Assembly (NCBI RefSeq): GCF_002105155.1
Contig: NW_019028979.1
Span: 868,001-932,000 of the forward strand
Direction of reading: 5' to 3'
Source of the DNA: Lobosporangium transversale
Lineage: Eukaryota
Length of the DNA: 64,000 nt
Every line of letters begins with the position of its first letter. Position 1 is the first letter of the stretch. Below the pieces are notes generated by a model that made no database searches, was not told the DNA's origin, and saw only the letters and a list, made by a program, of their open reading frames with translations. This document shows, one piece after another, positions 12,567-24,300 of the stretch. The position numbers and the translations under genes are program-made.

Positions 12567-12792
12567 GACCTTCGTATTCACATGTCTGTCTACAAATATT
12601 TCTGACCTGATAAAACCTGTCTACAAAATATTTTTCACTTAAGTACACTATGAAAAGTCTTTGGAACACGGATGCAGTTTACAAGATTATGTCGATTGAG
12701 GAAGCCGCCAATGAGTGGGATGGTTCCCGATATGTCGCCTTTTATTTTTATCACAAGTTTCATTCGATTGACTGCCTTATAAGATGCATGTA
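12567..12792 (-). repeat. Duplicated segment with degenerate F-box 5' remnant (copy 2)
   Basis: Matches 10253-10450 directly, and its F-box part matches ~47583-47710 in inverted orientation. Confidence 0.8.
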
Positions 12793-13099
12793 TACCCTTG
12801 GATACATCCACTTTTTTCTTTTGCAGAACTTGCTCCCATACTGCATAGAGTGTTTGGTATGCCTTGCCTTAATAAAATTGATGACATTTCTTTATTCATA
12901 TCCTCCACAGCCGGAAGAAGCTCCAGTAGGGTTTGTGACGAAATAGAAGGGTTGACGTGATATTTGTATGCAACAGTAACGCGATACTCTATGTCTAATA
13001 TATAAAGCATTATAGACTTGGACAAGTACAAGGCACAGGTAAACTTAACGAAGATGATCCCTACACTTAAGACTCTCGACTGAGATATTGTGCAGAAAT

Positions 13100-14663
13100 A
13101 TGTTAAAGTAAGTTACACATCGACTTGCCATTCCAGCACTCGTTTCTTGACCAGTTGTTCACAATCCATGTCGCATCCCTGAAATCTGTTTCCTGGTGAT
13201 CATCATCGCCGAACGATAGCTCACGCAGGCTCTTCAAGTTAGCTAGTCCCTAGTCTGAAGTCAATGGGTTTTTCTCATCGTCGCTTGTGTTATACCTGTT
13301 AAGTCAAGAGATCGTAGTTGAATCAATCTTCCTAGTTGGTTAGAGACAATACGCGCCGTCTCCATGCCCTCGAGAGTCTCTTGATCAATGTCTATCTCAA
13401 GATAAATATCCAACTTAATCAGTCCGGTGCTCACCCATTCTGCCCCATTGGCAATCTCTGTCATGGTGATTTTAGATCCCCGCAGGTCCTTCAGGCGTGG
13501 GCAAATGGATAAAATAGTTTGAGCAACCCCATCCACGTTGACACTGCTCATATTGAACGCCAATCTTTCAACAGTTTCACAAAGCTTCTGCGGCCTTGTC
13601 TTCCGTACCATTTGTCCATTATCAAAAGCCTCTTGCTTGTCAGACAGCAATTCCTGCAGAGAGAGCTGACCGAGCTCACAGTATGGGGCCTGTAGCCGCT
13701 TTAATTCAGGCATCCTTCTGAGAAGTCCCGCCATATCCTCGTCTTTTAACTGCGCGCTAATCAAAATCAGCTCTGACAAATTATTCAGCGTCCAGGGATG
13801 CTGAAGGAATGTTTCCTTGTAGAAGCTATTGTCACTTGGGTCTGCTGGCTCATATTGGAAGTGGTGTTGGACTTCGTTTGGCTTGTAGAGCTCGTAAAAT
13901 AGCAGTGAACGCAATCCTGGACATCTTCTGACGAACATACCGAGGCAATAGGCTGATGTGTACGGGTGCGGAGGTTCAGGTATCGAAACATCCTGAAGAT
14001 GCAGTGTGTGTATATTTGGGAGATTATAGCCACTGCTCTCAATACATAGGAAGCTGGGAGGAAGTTGGTATATGGATATTACATCCAGGTCTAGGTGCTT
14101 AAGTTTCTTGCAAACTTGAAGGAATACGTCGATATCGTCATGGATATTTGCGTGAGATACTTTTAGATGCTCGAGATTAGTGCATCCCAGCAATGTCTCC
14201 CAGAACTCATACGATGTTGGAGTTTTGTAAAAGTGAAGCCTGGTGATGGTAGAGTTGTGGTTCTTGATGAGGTTCAAATATTCAACCGATTTGGGATACA
14301 CAAGTTCTTCGTACTCGATGGATTGGAGGTGATCACATCCCTGCAATAACAAATACTCGTCTGGAAGATTGTTTCCTTCAAATATAATACCCTCGATGTA
14401 TTTCTTGTGCTTCTACAGTGTTTCGCCAGTAGGATATCCGTATTCGGATTCGGATTCGGATTCAGATTCTAATTTAAAGTCGAATTCAGATTCTGATTTA
14501 AAGTCGGATACAACAAGGATGTTTTTCCATATGCGCCCGATAAGAGCACTATGAAAAGTCTTGGAGACACGATGCAGTTTAGAAGATCATCTAGATCGAG
14601 AAAATCGCCAACAAACGAGATGATTTCTGGAAGTTCCAAGGGATTCAATTTAGAATTGTTCAT
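13100..14663 (-). pseudogene. F-box/LRR family pseudogene
   Basis: Starts MNNSKLNPLELPE. Has a 1-bp loss in CIRVS, a CAG>TAG stop near 14415, a long open LRR segment 13261-14352 and disruptions near 13250-13290. Confidence 0.88.
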
Positions 14664-14819
14664 GGTGCAAGAGAGGATGCTGACGAACCTTCACTTTTTT
14701 TCATTGCATTGCACATATTCAAGGTTCTCGCTTTTAGAGACCAAACCTTGAATTAACAATTTAATATTATGTCTCTTTCTGCCAATCTTTATATTATGCA
14801 GCTCAAGCAAGTCATATAC

Positions 14820-14936
14820 CAACCTGCCATTCCAGTACTCGATTCATGGCCAGTTGTTCACGATCCATGTCGCATCCTCAAGGCCTATTTCCTGGTGATC
14901 ATCGCTGAACGATAACTCACGCAGGCTCTTCAAGTT
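14820..14936 (-). pseudogene. Orphan 3' fragment of an F-box/LRR gene
   Basis: Matches the family C-terminus (NLKSLRELSFSDDHQEIGLEDATWIVNNWP..EYWNG). Compare 13125-13240 and 10486-10600. Confidence 0.8.
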
Positions 14937-16217
14937 GAATGTAACTTCAAGGCCTAGTTCATAATCATCATCTTCCTTGAAGCCCTGTGTCAAGCTCTTC
15001 GCACAGAGTATTTAACAATCCGTTCACTCCTGGAGAATTGGATTGGCCAAATTGGACAGTCTTCTCCATTTACGAAATCCTTGTACTCCAGAAAGCATTT
15101 GGTCTATTGTAAAATGACATTAATTGATCAATATAAGGCTTCGTGTCCCACAGATTCACAGGTACACGGTATTCTCATTGCAGTTTTTTAAATTATTTCT
15201 TTTTTTACCCTGATAATTGTTCAGGACCATAAAGCGATAAGAACATAATCTCGATGCAAACCGAGGCAAAGGCTGCAACAGATCCATAAGGGCCCAATCA
15301 GGTTGGTTCTCATCGTCATATGACCAAATATATTCAAAGTAGGGTATAATCACTCGTCACGTATCCTGCAACAGAGTCATGGATGAAGCCGCCTTCATGA
15401 TATACTATCGCAGCCTGTAGGGGCCTCAACCTTGAATGCGTTGGTTCTGGATTATTGCTGTTGCTGCTGCTGTTTCTATTCAAGACGAAGGCGTCATTTG
15501 AAGCTTTATTACAGCTTTATTACTGGACCATGCAAGCCAACAGAAGAGCAGGTCGACAAAAGAGCAAGTTTACTTCTACTGATATTCACCACTCTAGCCT
15601 AAAGCCTTTGTCCCTCGGCCCAGTGAACCGTATGAACGAAGTTTAACACATTTTTGAGTCAAAATTAACGATTATAACAGTAGAACAAATAATGATACAG
15701 TCCTGCCATATAAATAGCATTATTCTAAATAGCTCATGGCCCTCTTGCGCTTTATAGTCACTACTGTTGTCCAGGTTCTTTTGAGTATGGTGAGAGTCCT
15801 CAAGCGACTTATTTGCCCGCTTCTGACAAACATTCCCAAAAAACTGTACTGATTTTCTGGCAATAAGGTCGTTTCGGATCAGGAGCCAGAAGATGACTGA
15901 AAGAGTATGAGTAATGGACAAGCAGCCATATGTCCTCAGTCTACTCTCGAGCAGCAAACTGAGAGAAAATCCCGTCACAGAGAATGTTACCGGGTCTGCC
16001 TTCTACAGAAAAAGTACCCTATTCGATGGGTTAATGCCTTTATGACAAAAAAAAAGTATACAGATTGAGAATAGAACGGGGTTCAATTAACTTCAACTTC
16101 AAATATTTATTGTTACGATTGCACCAAAGTGCATACGCTTTTGGGAAGCACATGTCCAATGGCTTTTGCCGTCCATATCAGAACATGAAGTGATAGTTTT
16201 TTTTTTCCCCCTACAGC

Positions 16218-17768
16218 CTATCCGTGTTTAATGTTGTGTGAATAGAATAAGGCATTCACGGAAGAGGGTATAGATGGGTCATCAATCAAGCGGTCTAAGT
16301 ACTTGATGCTTGGCCAGTTGTTCACAACCCATCTCGCATCCTCAAGTCCTATTAACTGGTGATCATCACCACGAAACAATACCCTCTTCAGCACTTTTAG
16401 GTTGGCTAGTTCATCCAGACCTGCCCTTAGTCTCAAGTCCAGCGTCCGCTTTCTCCCCCTATTCCTTGGGCTCCAGGATGTTAGGTCAAGGTTGCGTAGC
16501 TGAGTTAGTTTTCCTAGTCGTTTAAACGCAATACGCTGTTTTTCCATGCCCTCTACAGCCCCTTGGTCGACATCTACCTCAAGGTAGATGGCCAGGCTAG
16601 TCAATCTAGTGCACACCCATTCCGCCCCATTGGCAATCTCCGTTACTGTGATTTTAGGGCCTCGCAGTAGTTCTAGTCGTGGACAATTTGACAAAGTTGC
16701 TTGGACAATACCATCCATGCTGGCGCTTTGCGTGTTGAACACCAGCTCTTCAATTGTCTCACAGAGCCTCCGCAGCCTCGCCTTCCGTACCATATATCCA
16801 TTATCCAAGATATCTTGTTTGCCAGCTAGCAACTCTTGCAGAGAGAGCTTGCCGAGCTCGCAAAATGGAGCATCTAGCCGCCTTAACTCTGCCATCTGTC
16901 TGAGAAGTGCCGCCATATCCTCGTCTTTTATTTTCATATAAGGGAAAGAAAGCTCTGATAAGTTCGCCAAAGGCCAAGGGCGTTGAAGGAACGCTGTCCT
17001 GAAGACATCGTCGTGATTTGGTTGGATAGGTCGCCCGTACTCGCTGGTATCACAAAATTTCAGTGCACGCAATTCTGGACAACTCCTCACCAACATGCCG
17101 AGGCAATACGAAGGTGTGTATGGACGCGGGGGATTAGTAACTTGAACGCCAGTAATGCATAGTGTGTGTACATTTGAGAGAATATATTCGCTAGTCTCAT
17201 TACTTAGAAAGCCGATCGGCAGCTGGTGTATCATTACATTTTCCAATGCCAAGTGCCTAAGTTTCTTGCAGACTTGAAGGAATAGATCAACTTCGTCATC
17301 TATACTTGCGTAAGATACTTCCAGGTGCTTAAGGTTAGTGCATTCTAGCAGTGCTTCCCAAAGCTGTCGTGAGGTTTGAGTACTACTCATGCAAAACATG
17401 GTGATGGTGGAGTTGTGTGCCTTAACGAAGTTCGGAAGGTGAGCCAGTCCGGAAAACCTCCAAGTTGGTCTCCCGTACCTGATGAGCTTGAGACGGTCAC
17501 ACCCCTGCAATGACCCATACTCCTCTGGAAAGCAACATTCAAACCTAATCGCCTCGATGAATTTTTTGTGTTTCTGTAGCGCCTCGTTAGTAGGATGTCT
17601 TTTTAGGAAAGGCGAGATCGTGATTTTTCTCCATATGAAACTGATAAGGATACTATGAAAAGCCTTAGAGACGCGGATACAGTTTAAGAGGCCTTTTCGA
17701 GTGAGGAAGTCGCCAACAAGTAATAGAATTTCAGGGATATCTAAAGGATTCAATTTAATATTCTTCAT
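16218..17768 (-). CDS. F-box/LRR protein, intact, intronless, ~516 aa
   Basis: MKNIKLNPLDIPEILLLVGDFLTRKGLLNCIRVSKAFH, LRRs, NGAEWVCT, TLDLRLRAGLDELANLK. Confidence 0.9.
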   Translation of the reverse strand: MKNIKLNPLDIPEILLLVGDFLTRKGLLNCIRVSKAFHSILISFIWRKITISPFLKRHPTNEALQKHKKFIEAIRFECCFPEEYGSLQGCDRLKLIRYGRPTWRFSGLAHLPNFVKAHNSTITMFCMSSTQTSRQLWEALLECTNLKHLEVSYASIDDEVDLFLQVCKKLRHLALENVMIHQLPIGFLSNETSEYILSNVHTLCITGVQVTNPPRPYTPSYCLGMLVRSCPELRALKFCDTSEYGRPIQPNHDDVFRTAFLQRPWPLANLSELSFPYMKIKDEDMAALLRQMAELRRLDAPFCELGKLSLQELLAGKQDILDNGYMVRKARLRRLCETIEELVFNTQSASMDGIVQATLSNCPRLELLRGPKITVTEIANGAEWVCTRLTSLAIYLEVDVDQGAVEGMEKQRIAFKRLGKLTQLRNLDLTSWSPRNRGRKRTLDLRLRAGLDELANLKVLKRVLFRGDDHQLIGLEDARWVVNNWPSIKYLDRLIDDPSIPSSVNALFYSHNIKHG

Positions 17769-18180
17769 GTTGCAAAAGGAGGATGTGGACACTACATGTT
17801 TCTGCAAAGCTCTTTTATACAAAGTAGTGCTTGTTATTGTCACAAACCTCAGGCTTCTTTTGTAAGACAAGTTACATGTATACTCCCTGGACTACAGCCA
17901 AGATCTTTTTTTTTTTCCTTTTCTTTTCATATGGTTGATCGAAACAGTTACCATTCCGGATATTATGTTTGTTATAGCTTGATAAGATTGAGAGCGTTCC
18001 TTATCCATGTCATCCACAACTATTTAGAACTGTAAGGTGTGTAGCAAAACAGAAATTGATGCGACTTTATGTACAACAGAGACACATATTCCTTGTCCAG
18101 GACAAAGGCGCTCACTTGCTAGTCCGGTGATTTTTTTTCTCGGCGTGGTGCACCACCATCTAGAAATATCCACTGTTGGT

Positions 18181-18224
<44 letters not shown>

Positions 18225-19129
18225 TTTTGATTTTGTACACCGGTGAGGTTAATTGACCAAGATGCCATCATAACATTAATATTTAATATGTCCACCGAAC
18301 ACCACTCCATTGATACATTAACGTTATACCACGTCAGTCAGTCAGTCAAAAAAGAAAGAAAGAAAGAAAGAAACCTTTAGTACAGCAATGAAACTCGACT
18401 CTTCTCACCCTCGAGCCACATGTTTTGGGGTCGTTCCATCATGCGAAAGTTTGCCTTTGTAAGTTCTATCATCTAATTTCTTATCTCTTCTTTCCTTCCC
18501 CCAGCCTGCGTCAGCTGTTGAATAGATCAGCATTGTAGACCAGCTCTATCGCCTGGATTCTATGTCATCTTATGCAAACGTGAATATAGCCCACGAAGGT
18601 TGTTCGTCTGTGGCCCCGATTGAGTTCAACAATGATGAGCGAGTGGAAATGGGCCTTACAAAGCGATAGTTAGCTTGGAGAGAAGGGGAGGAAGAAGTGG
18701 CTTTAGATGAAGTTGTAGGGCTGTAAAAGTATAGTCCGACATCATTAATGTCATTAATGCACAATAACAAAATGACAGCATGATCGAAGGTCAAAGCACA
18801 TTTGCAGGGCTGATGGATCACATGAAGTGGGTGCTCAAGGGCGCAGAAGCACGTGGAACGCATTATTTGAAGATTGGGATATTCAGTTTGAACAAGGACG
18901 GACTTCAACAGCCAACTTATCATGCAGCTTTCAGATGTTACTCGGAACTTCGGATGCCGCTTGGTTATTCATATTTTAGGAGATCCTTTGGGTTCGGATG
19001 TTCGCCAAGGAATCTCAGGGAATAACAGAGCAGATCCCCTTGGCGCAGTGATCGTTCTTGAGCTTGAGCGTGGTAAGTGAACAAGAAACTTTTATTTTCT
19101 ATTCACATTCTCGTTTATTAAAGGTATTT

Positions 19130-19765
19130 TTAATCTTCCTCGAGAGAAAATTGTGCGGCTCTGTCTAATTCCTCTTGGTGCCGCTGCATGAGTTCAGCAT
19201 CAACTTGAATCTCAGGAGGAGCCAAAGCAGTAGCGCCAACAAACTCTAGCCTCGGATTTCCACAAAGCTTGCGAGCCAAGCAGAGGAAAGGTTTCTCAAA
19301 GTTATAGTTGCTCTTGGCCGAGACCTCGAAGTATTGAAGAGATTTCTTGCGGTGGAAGGAAATAGATTTGGGTCTGACCATGCGCTCTCTGATGTCCGAT
19401 TTGTTCCCACAGAGAACGATGGGAATGACTCCGCATAGATGGACAAGATCATTGTACCAGTTGGAGACGTTCTTGTATGTGAGTCTGGTAGTGACATCAA
19501 ACATAATTATACCACATTGCGCGTTCATATAATATTCGTTAGGGAGGCTGCCAAGTTGTCCCTTACTAGCACTGTCCCAGACGTTGAAGGTAATCGAGCC
19601 GTCGCTGGTGGTGAATACTAGAGGGTGGACATTGGTATCCAAGGCGGCGATGTACTTCTTCTTGAATTCACCAGCCAAGTGACGCTTAACGAACGTGGTC
19701 TTTCCCGTACCGCTATCACCAACGAGGACAAGCTTAAAAGTAGGGGCTTTATACTTGTCGTGCAT
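19130..19765 (-). CDS. Divergent Ran (Gsp1/Spi1-family) GTPase paralog, intronless
   Basis: [61 protein letters not shown] and ALAPPE are clearly Ran. Switch I and switch II are altered and the acidic tail is shortened. Confidence 0.92.
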   Translation of the reverse strand: MHDKYKAPTFKLVLVGDSGTGKTTFVKRHLAGEFKKKYIAALDTNVHPLVFTTSDGSITFNVWDSASKGQLGSLPNEYYMNAQCGIIMFDVTTRLTYKNVSNWYNDLVHLCGVIPIVLCGNKSDIRERMVRPKSISFHRKKSLQYFEVSAKSNYNFEKPFLCLARKLCGNPRLEFVGATALAPPEIQVDAELMQRHQEELDRAAQFSLEED

Positions 19766-20092
19766 TTGAGATTAGGAAATTTTTTTGAAGAAAAAATGTT
19801 TGACCCCCCTAAAATCGCAAGTTTGGTCCCAGCCTGTCAGTGAGCGTAAGTGCAATGCACATAAGCCACACTGGCTGGTGACGAGCCTAAGTTTGACACT
19901 CTTTTCTTTCTAAGTCGTACAAACGGCGGGGAAATGGCCCCTTTTTTTTTTCTAAGTCGAATATGCCGCTAGCAAACTGTCAGCTTTGGAGGCTTGGTCG
20001 CTGTAGCCTTTTTCTTTATGTTACGCCACCAATCCTGTACACGAGTATTTTAGTCCGTTGTCCACATTCCATTAACATCATCTCGTCTCAAC

Positions 20093-21640
20093 ATGAACAA
20101 TCTGAAATTGAATCCTCTGGATATTCCAGAAATCCTTTCACTCATCGGCAGCTTCCTTGATCGAAAAGACATTCTAAACTGCATCCGCGTCTCAAAGACT
20201 TTTCATAATGTTCTTGTCGGCTCTCTTTGGAGAATAATCAATGTCTGCAAGTCCAGATACCCTGCCAGTATAGCACTGCAGCGCCACAAGGGGTGCATTG
20301 AAGAGATTAGGTTTGAATATGACTTTGTTCCAGAGGAGTTTGGGTCATTACGGGGATGTGATCGCCTCCAGTGCATCGATTACCAAGGAATATCATTGTC
20401 CGAACCAATTCACTTTTTAAATCTAATCAAGGCCCACAATTCGGTTATCACCAGATTTCTCTTAAAGATTACGCTAGCTTGGCGAGAACTCTGGGAGATA
20501 CTACTGGGGTGTGTCAATCTCAATCACTTGACAGCTTTGCATACAAGGATTGGGGATGAAGTCAATATATTCTTTCAAGTCTGCAAGAATGTCGGGTACT
20601 TGGGCTTGTTTAGTGTATCCATATACCAACTACCTGTCGACTTCTTGAGTAACGATTACTTTTTCCCAAATATACACACACTAGTTATGAGTGATGTCCG
20701 GATAGCCAGTCCTCCACATCCGTATACATCCTCGTATTGCCTTGGCATGTTAGTCAAGAGATGTCCGAGATTGTGTACACTTCACTTTGACGAAAAAGAC
20801 GAGTACCTTATGGTGGAGCAACCATCCCATAGTACTTTCTACAAAACAACATTCCTTCAACACCCTTGGATACTAACAAGTCTATCTGATGTATCTATTC
20901 CCTCCATGTACATAAAAGACGAGGATATGGCTGCACTCCTCAGACAGTTGACAGAGCTAAGACGGCTATATACCCCAGCTTGTAGATTTGGTCAGTTCTC
21001 TCTGAAAGAGTTACTAGCGACCGAGCAAGAGGTGTTGGATAATGGACACATAGTGCGTAAGAGGAGGCTTAAGAGGCTCTGCGAGACGATCAAGATGTTG
21101 GAGTTCAGTAAACAGAGCTATGTGAGTGGCGTTGTTCAAGCGATTTTATCTAATTGCCCAATGCTGACCCTACTACGAGGATCTAAAATCACAGTGACAG
21201 AGATTGTCAATGGGGCAGAATGGGTAAGCACTGGATTGGCTGAGTTGTCCATCTATCTTGAGGCAAACATCGATCAAGAGACCGCAGACGGCATGGCAAA
21301 GGCGCGTATTGTCTTTAAGCAGCTAGGTAAATTGACCCAACTACGATTCCTTAGCCTAACAGCATGGAGCTTATACGATAATGGTCAACAAACACTGGGC
21401 CTGAAGCTGAGAGCAGGTCTGGATGAGCTAGATAAACTGAAGAGTCTGTGGGGGCTACGCTTCCAAAATGACGGACAACAGCGAATAGGCCTTGAAGAGG
21501 CGACATGGATTGTGAACAATTGGCCATGCATTCGTAGCTTGTATGGTCGCATGACACCAGAGCTGGATGGGAATCAGAAGGATGTAAATGCTTTGGTGTA
21601 TAACTTCTTTAGTTCACACAATATACGGATCTACATTTAA
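20093..21640 (+). CDS. F-box/LRR protein, intact, intronless, 515 aa
   Basis: MNNLKLNPLDIPEILSLIGSFLDRKDILNCIRVSKTFH, LRRs and the family C-terminal motifs. Confidence 0.9.
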   Translation: MNNLKLNPLDIPEILSLIGSFLDRKDILNCIRVSKTFHNVLVGSLWRIINVCKSRYPASIALQRHKGCIEEIRFEYDFVPEEFGSLRGCDRLQCIDYQGISLSEPIHFLNLIKAHNSVITRFLLKITLAWRELWEILLGCVNLNHLTALHTRIGDEVNIFFQVCKNVGYLGLFSVSIYQLPVDFLSNDYFFPNIHTLVMSDVRIASPPHPYTSSYCLGMLVKRCPRLCTLHFDEKDEYLMVEQPSHSTFYKTTFLQHPWILTSLSDVSIPSMYIKDEDMAALLRQLTELRRLYTPACRFGQFSLKELLATEQEVLDNGHIVRKRRLKRLCETIKMLEFSKQSYVSGVVQAILSNCPMLTLLRGSKITVTEIVNGAEWVSTGLAELSIYLEANIDQETADGMAKARIVFKQLGKLTQLRFLSLTAWSLYDNGQQTLGLKLRAGLDELDKLKSLWGLRFQNDGQQRIGLEEATWIVNNWPCIRSLYGRMTPELDGNQKDVNALVYNFFSSHNIRIYI

Positions 21641-21952
21641 AGATAGGCTAAAGAAGCAAGGATATACATTACCACTTCAAATACTGATATGGGGGACAAG
21701 AATCTCGAGTATGGCCACCTAATGCACATCTACCTGGCAATAAATGACACAACTGGTGATGGTAAAGCGATCATGGTCATAAAAAGCAATGCTTATTGCA
21801 GAAATAAATAAGGATACATCGGTGGGTTATCAACTAAAAGGATGTTGTGCTTTGCTTTTGCCACTATATCAAGGTTATATTAATAAATACTTCATCTGCA
21901 TTTGTACTACTTGTATCTGTCCAAGTCTATGGTCCCTTGAACTGTTATGAAC

Positions 21953-22152
21953 AAATATATAGCCCGTTTCATTTGGTCGCGATACCTTATATTTTTTGAA
22001 TACTTTCGAGTGTATTGGCAGCCAATTAGCTCGCTTGTTACGAGTATTGTTGCAAGTCCGTCACGTAGTGAGATGCCACCAGAACAATTCAATCATCGTT
22101 TTTAGATTAAAAATATAAGGTATCGTGACCAAATAAAATTGGCGATATTTTT
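21953..22152. repeat. Inverted repeat, ~44-bp imperfect arms (possible MITE or transposon subterminal structure)
   Basis: ATTTGGTCGCGATACCTTATATTTTT (~21971-21996) pairs with AAAAATATAAGGTATCGTGACCAAAT (~22109-22134) and extends outward with mismatches. Confidence 0.6.
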
Positions 22153-22241
22153 AAAATACGCAATATAAGAAAAAAATTTACGTACAGTTAGAATTCCATA
22201 TATTTTTTGAATACATTGAATGAATTAGAAACAAATCTCTA

Positions 22242-22308
22242 ATTGTTCGTCCCTCGGAGGAGACAATGGATGTGTTTCCTTTCTTTTATTGCTACTACTG
22301 AAACTACC

Positions 22309-22343
<35 letters not shown>

Positions 22344-22450
22344 ACTACTACATAAACTATGGAGCCCTCTTGGATGTTCCACATCTACTACCAAAGAATC
22401 AAAGGGCGGCTGCGGGTGGGACATCCATTGTCTCCTCCTTGTCGAACAAT
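22242..22450. repeat. Second inverted repeat enclosing a poly(T) tract
   Basis: GGAGGAGACAATGGATGT (22256-22273) is the exact reverse complement of 22421-22438. There is an outer ATTGTTCG/CGAACAAT pair at 22242-49 and 22443-50. Confidence 0.65.
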
Positions 22451-22578
22451 AGGCTTTAGCCTTCACTAGCGTTCGACTACGCTATCCATTATCGAAAATA
22501 TAAGCAAACAAAACTGATCGAATCATTCTCGATCAACTTATTCATCCCAACCTCATTACGTCCTCAGTATACAATAAA

Positions 22579-24300
22579 ATGTCTTCTGCCAACTATGATA
22601 TCAATAACCTTCTTCCCTACAATGGCCTGAGTGGTTGGTACAGTGAGGGAACTATCAATCAAACGTTTTCAGGCACGCCACCTAGAAGATCACCTCGAAC
22701 ACACGCCGGACTCAATATCTCCCCAACTAGATCTCCCGCAGAGTATCAGTGGACCTCCCCTACTAAGATCGGATCAATGCCCAATGCTGTTGATATAAAT
22801 CCATTCCTTTCAGATACGACCACAGAGATACAGCAGGACAATGCATTTAGACGCACTAAAGCGACGGTTACTCGGGACGAATACGTTATGATGGCCCATA
22901 CGTTTAAAGCTATATCTGCAGCACCGCCAGAAGTTCAAAATTGGTTTATGAAGACAAACGATAGAGCTAAGAACCCTAATGGGTGTGGGAAGAAAAACTT
23001 GTTAGACAGCACTTAAATTTGCAAATACAGGCATCCTCGACACTACAGGACATGGAAGAACTGGACGACCCAAAAAGAAGTGGATCAAGATCTGAGCTCC
23101 AAGGTGATGGACATTATAGTGAAAACAAACAAGAGCGGGTCACCTAATTCTGTAGCTTTAGTGGCAAATCAACTAAAGGAGGACTTTGGAATCGAGAAAT
23201 CAGCAAGGTCAATAACTCGGGACCTCCGTAAAATGGGGCTACATTAGGGCAAAGGGATCCGACAAAACTTCTTGCATGACTCCAAGGAGAATGTCGTGTT
23301 CCGGGCAACTTATACGAAGCGCCATCTTAAAAAACTTAAAACTTGTAGACGGCAATTGGGTGCCTAGAATGCCGGAGGTCTTCTTGGAGGAATCGTATTG
23401 CCACAATGACCACGCTGCATCAAAACGTTGGGTAGAAAGTCGCGGTGGTACTGTAAATGATGCAAGAAGGAAACCTACTATGGTTATATTTGCAGCATTT
23501 GTTGTTTATTATGATGAAACCACTAAAAAAGTCGAAAGCAAATTTGTCAAGGACAGCGTGTATGTCTGGCCGTCAAAAGGACCAAAGCCTCAGTCAAAAA
23601 AAGGTCGAGAACAGAGGCTGAGCTGTGGGTTGATGTCCCAGAAGAGATCAGGAATGCAGGGGTTGTGGCAACAGATCACGTCTCATGGAAACTTCATCGC
23701 CAGTCTATTTGATAGTATATTCACCCGGCTTTGGAAAAACCTCAATGAGATAGGTCTTGGGCCTTGTCAGATCCATCTTGATGGCGTCTCATATCACTTC
23801 CACAAAAACAAAAAGCCAACTAAGAGTGACACTGTGAAAACTATCAGAAACTGGCTTGTGGGGAAAGGACATTGTTATCCCAGCAAGGGAAAATGGGAAA
23901 GCACTGAACAAAGAGGAGCTTTTGAAAATGGTCAACGCCCTTCCCGACGAGTCGTACTTTTCTATCAGCAAGATAGCCCAGGTGAACGGCGGCCATGAGA
24001 TTCTCAAGACTCCTCCCTACCATTGTGAGTTGCAGCCTATTGAGAAGATCTGGGCCGTCGTAAAAAACATAATTGCTGCAAGGGTAAGAACGACAATGAC
24101 GCCTCTTTTGCTGAAGGAATGGCTTCTCAGCTTGTTTTCTCAGATTCCATGTAGAGTCTTTTACTCTGTGTGGAAGAGGTCTGTGAAAATTGGTATGATG
24201 TACTATAACTAGAGAAGTCAGGTACAAGAAGATACGCCAGATGAGATTGACAGCGGCGAATGGGATATGGAACTCCTTATAGTGGTAAGCCAAGAGTAAG
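22579..24300 (+). mobile_element. Decayed IS630/Tc1/mariner-superfamily DDE transposase (long D-E spacer, Sailor-like)
   Basis: Motifs VFLEESY (usually FLDES), HGNF, IHLDGVSYH and ILKTPPYHCELQPIEKIW are split over several frames by frameshifts and stops. Element termini not identified. Confidence 0.8.

Noticed and set aside
14940..16030. Possible decayed gene on the minus strand
   Set aside because: Only short ORFs with no recognisable motif; cannot be supported without a search.
18500..19070. Short ORFs downstream of the Ran paralog
   Set aside because: No recognisable domain or consistent exon structure.
22468..22485. TAGCG-TTCGACTA-CGCTA hairpin resembling a tRNA T-arm or B-box
   Set aside because: No acceptor stem, D-arm or anticodon arm found around it.
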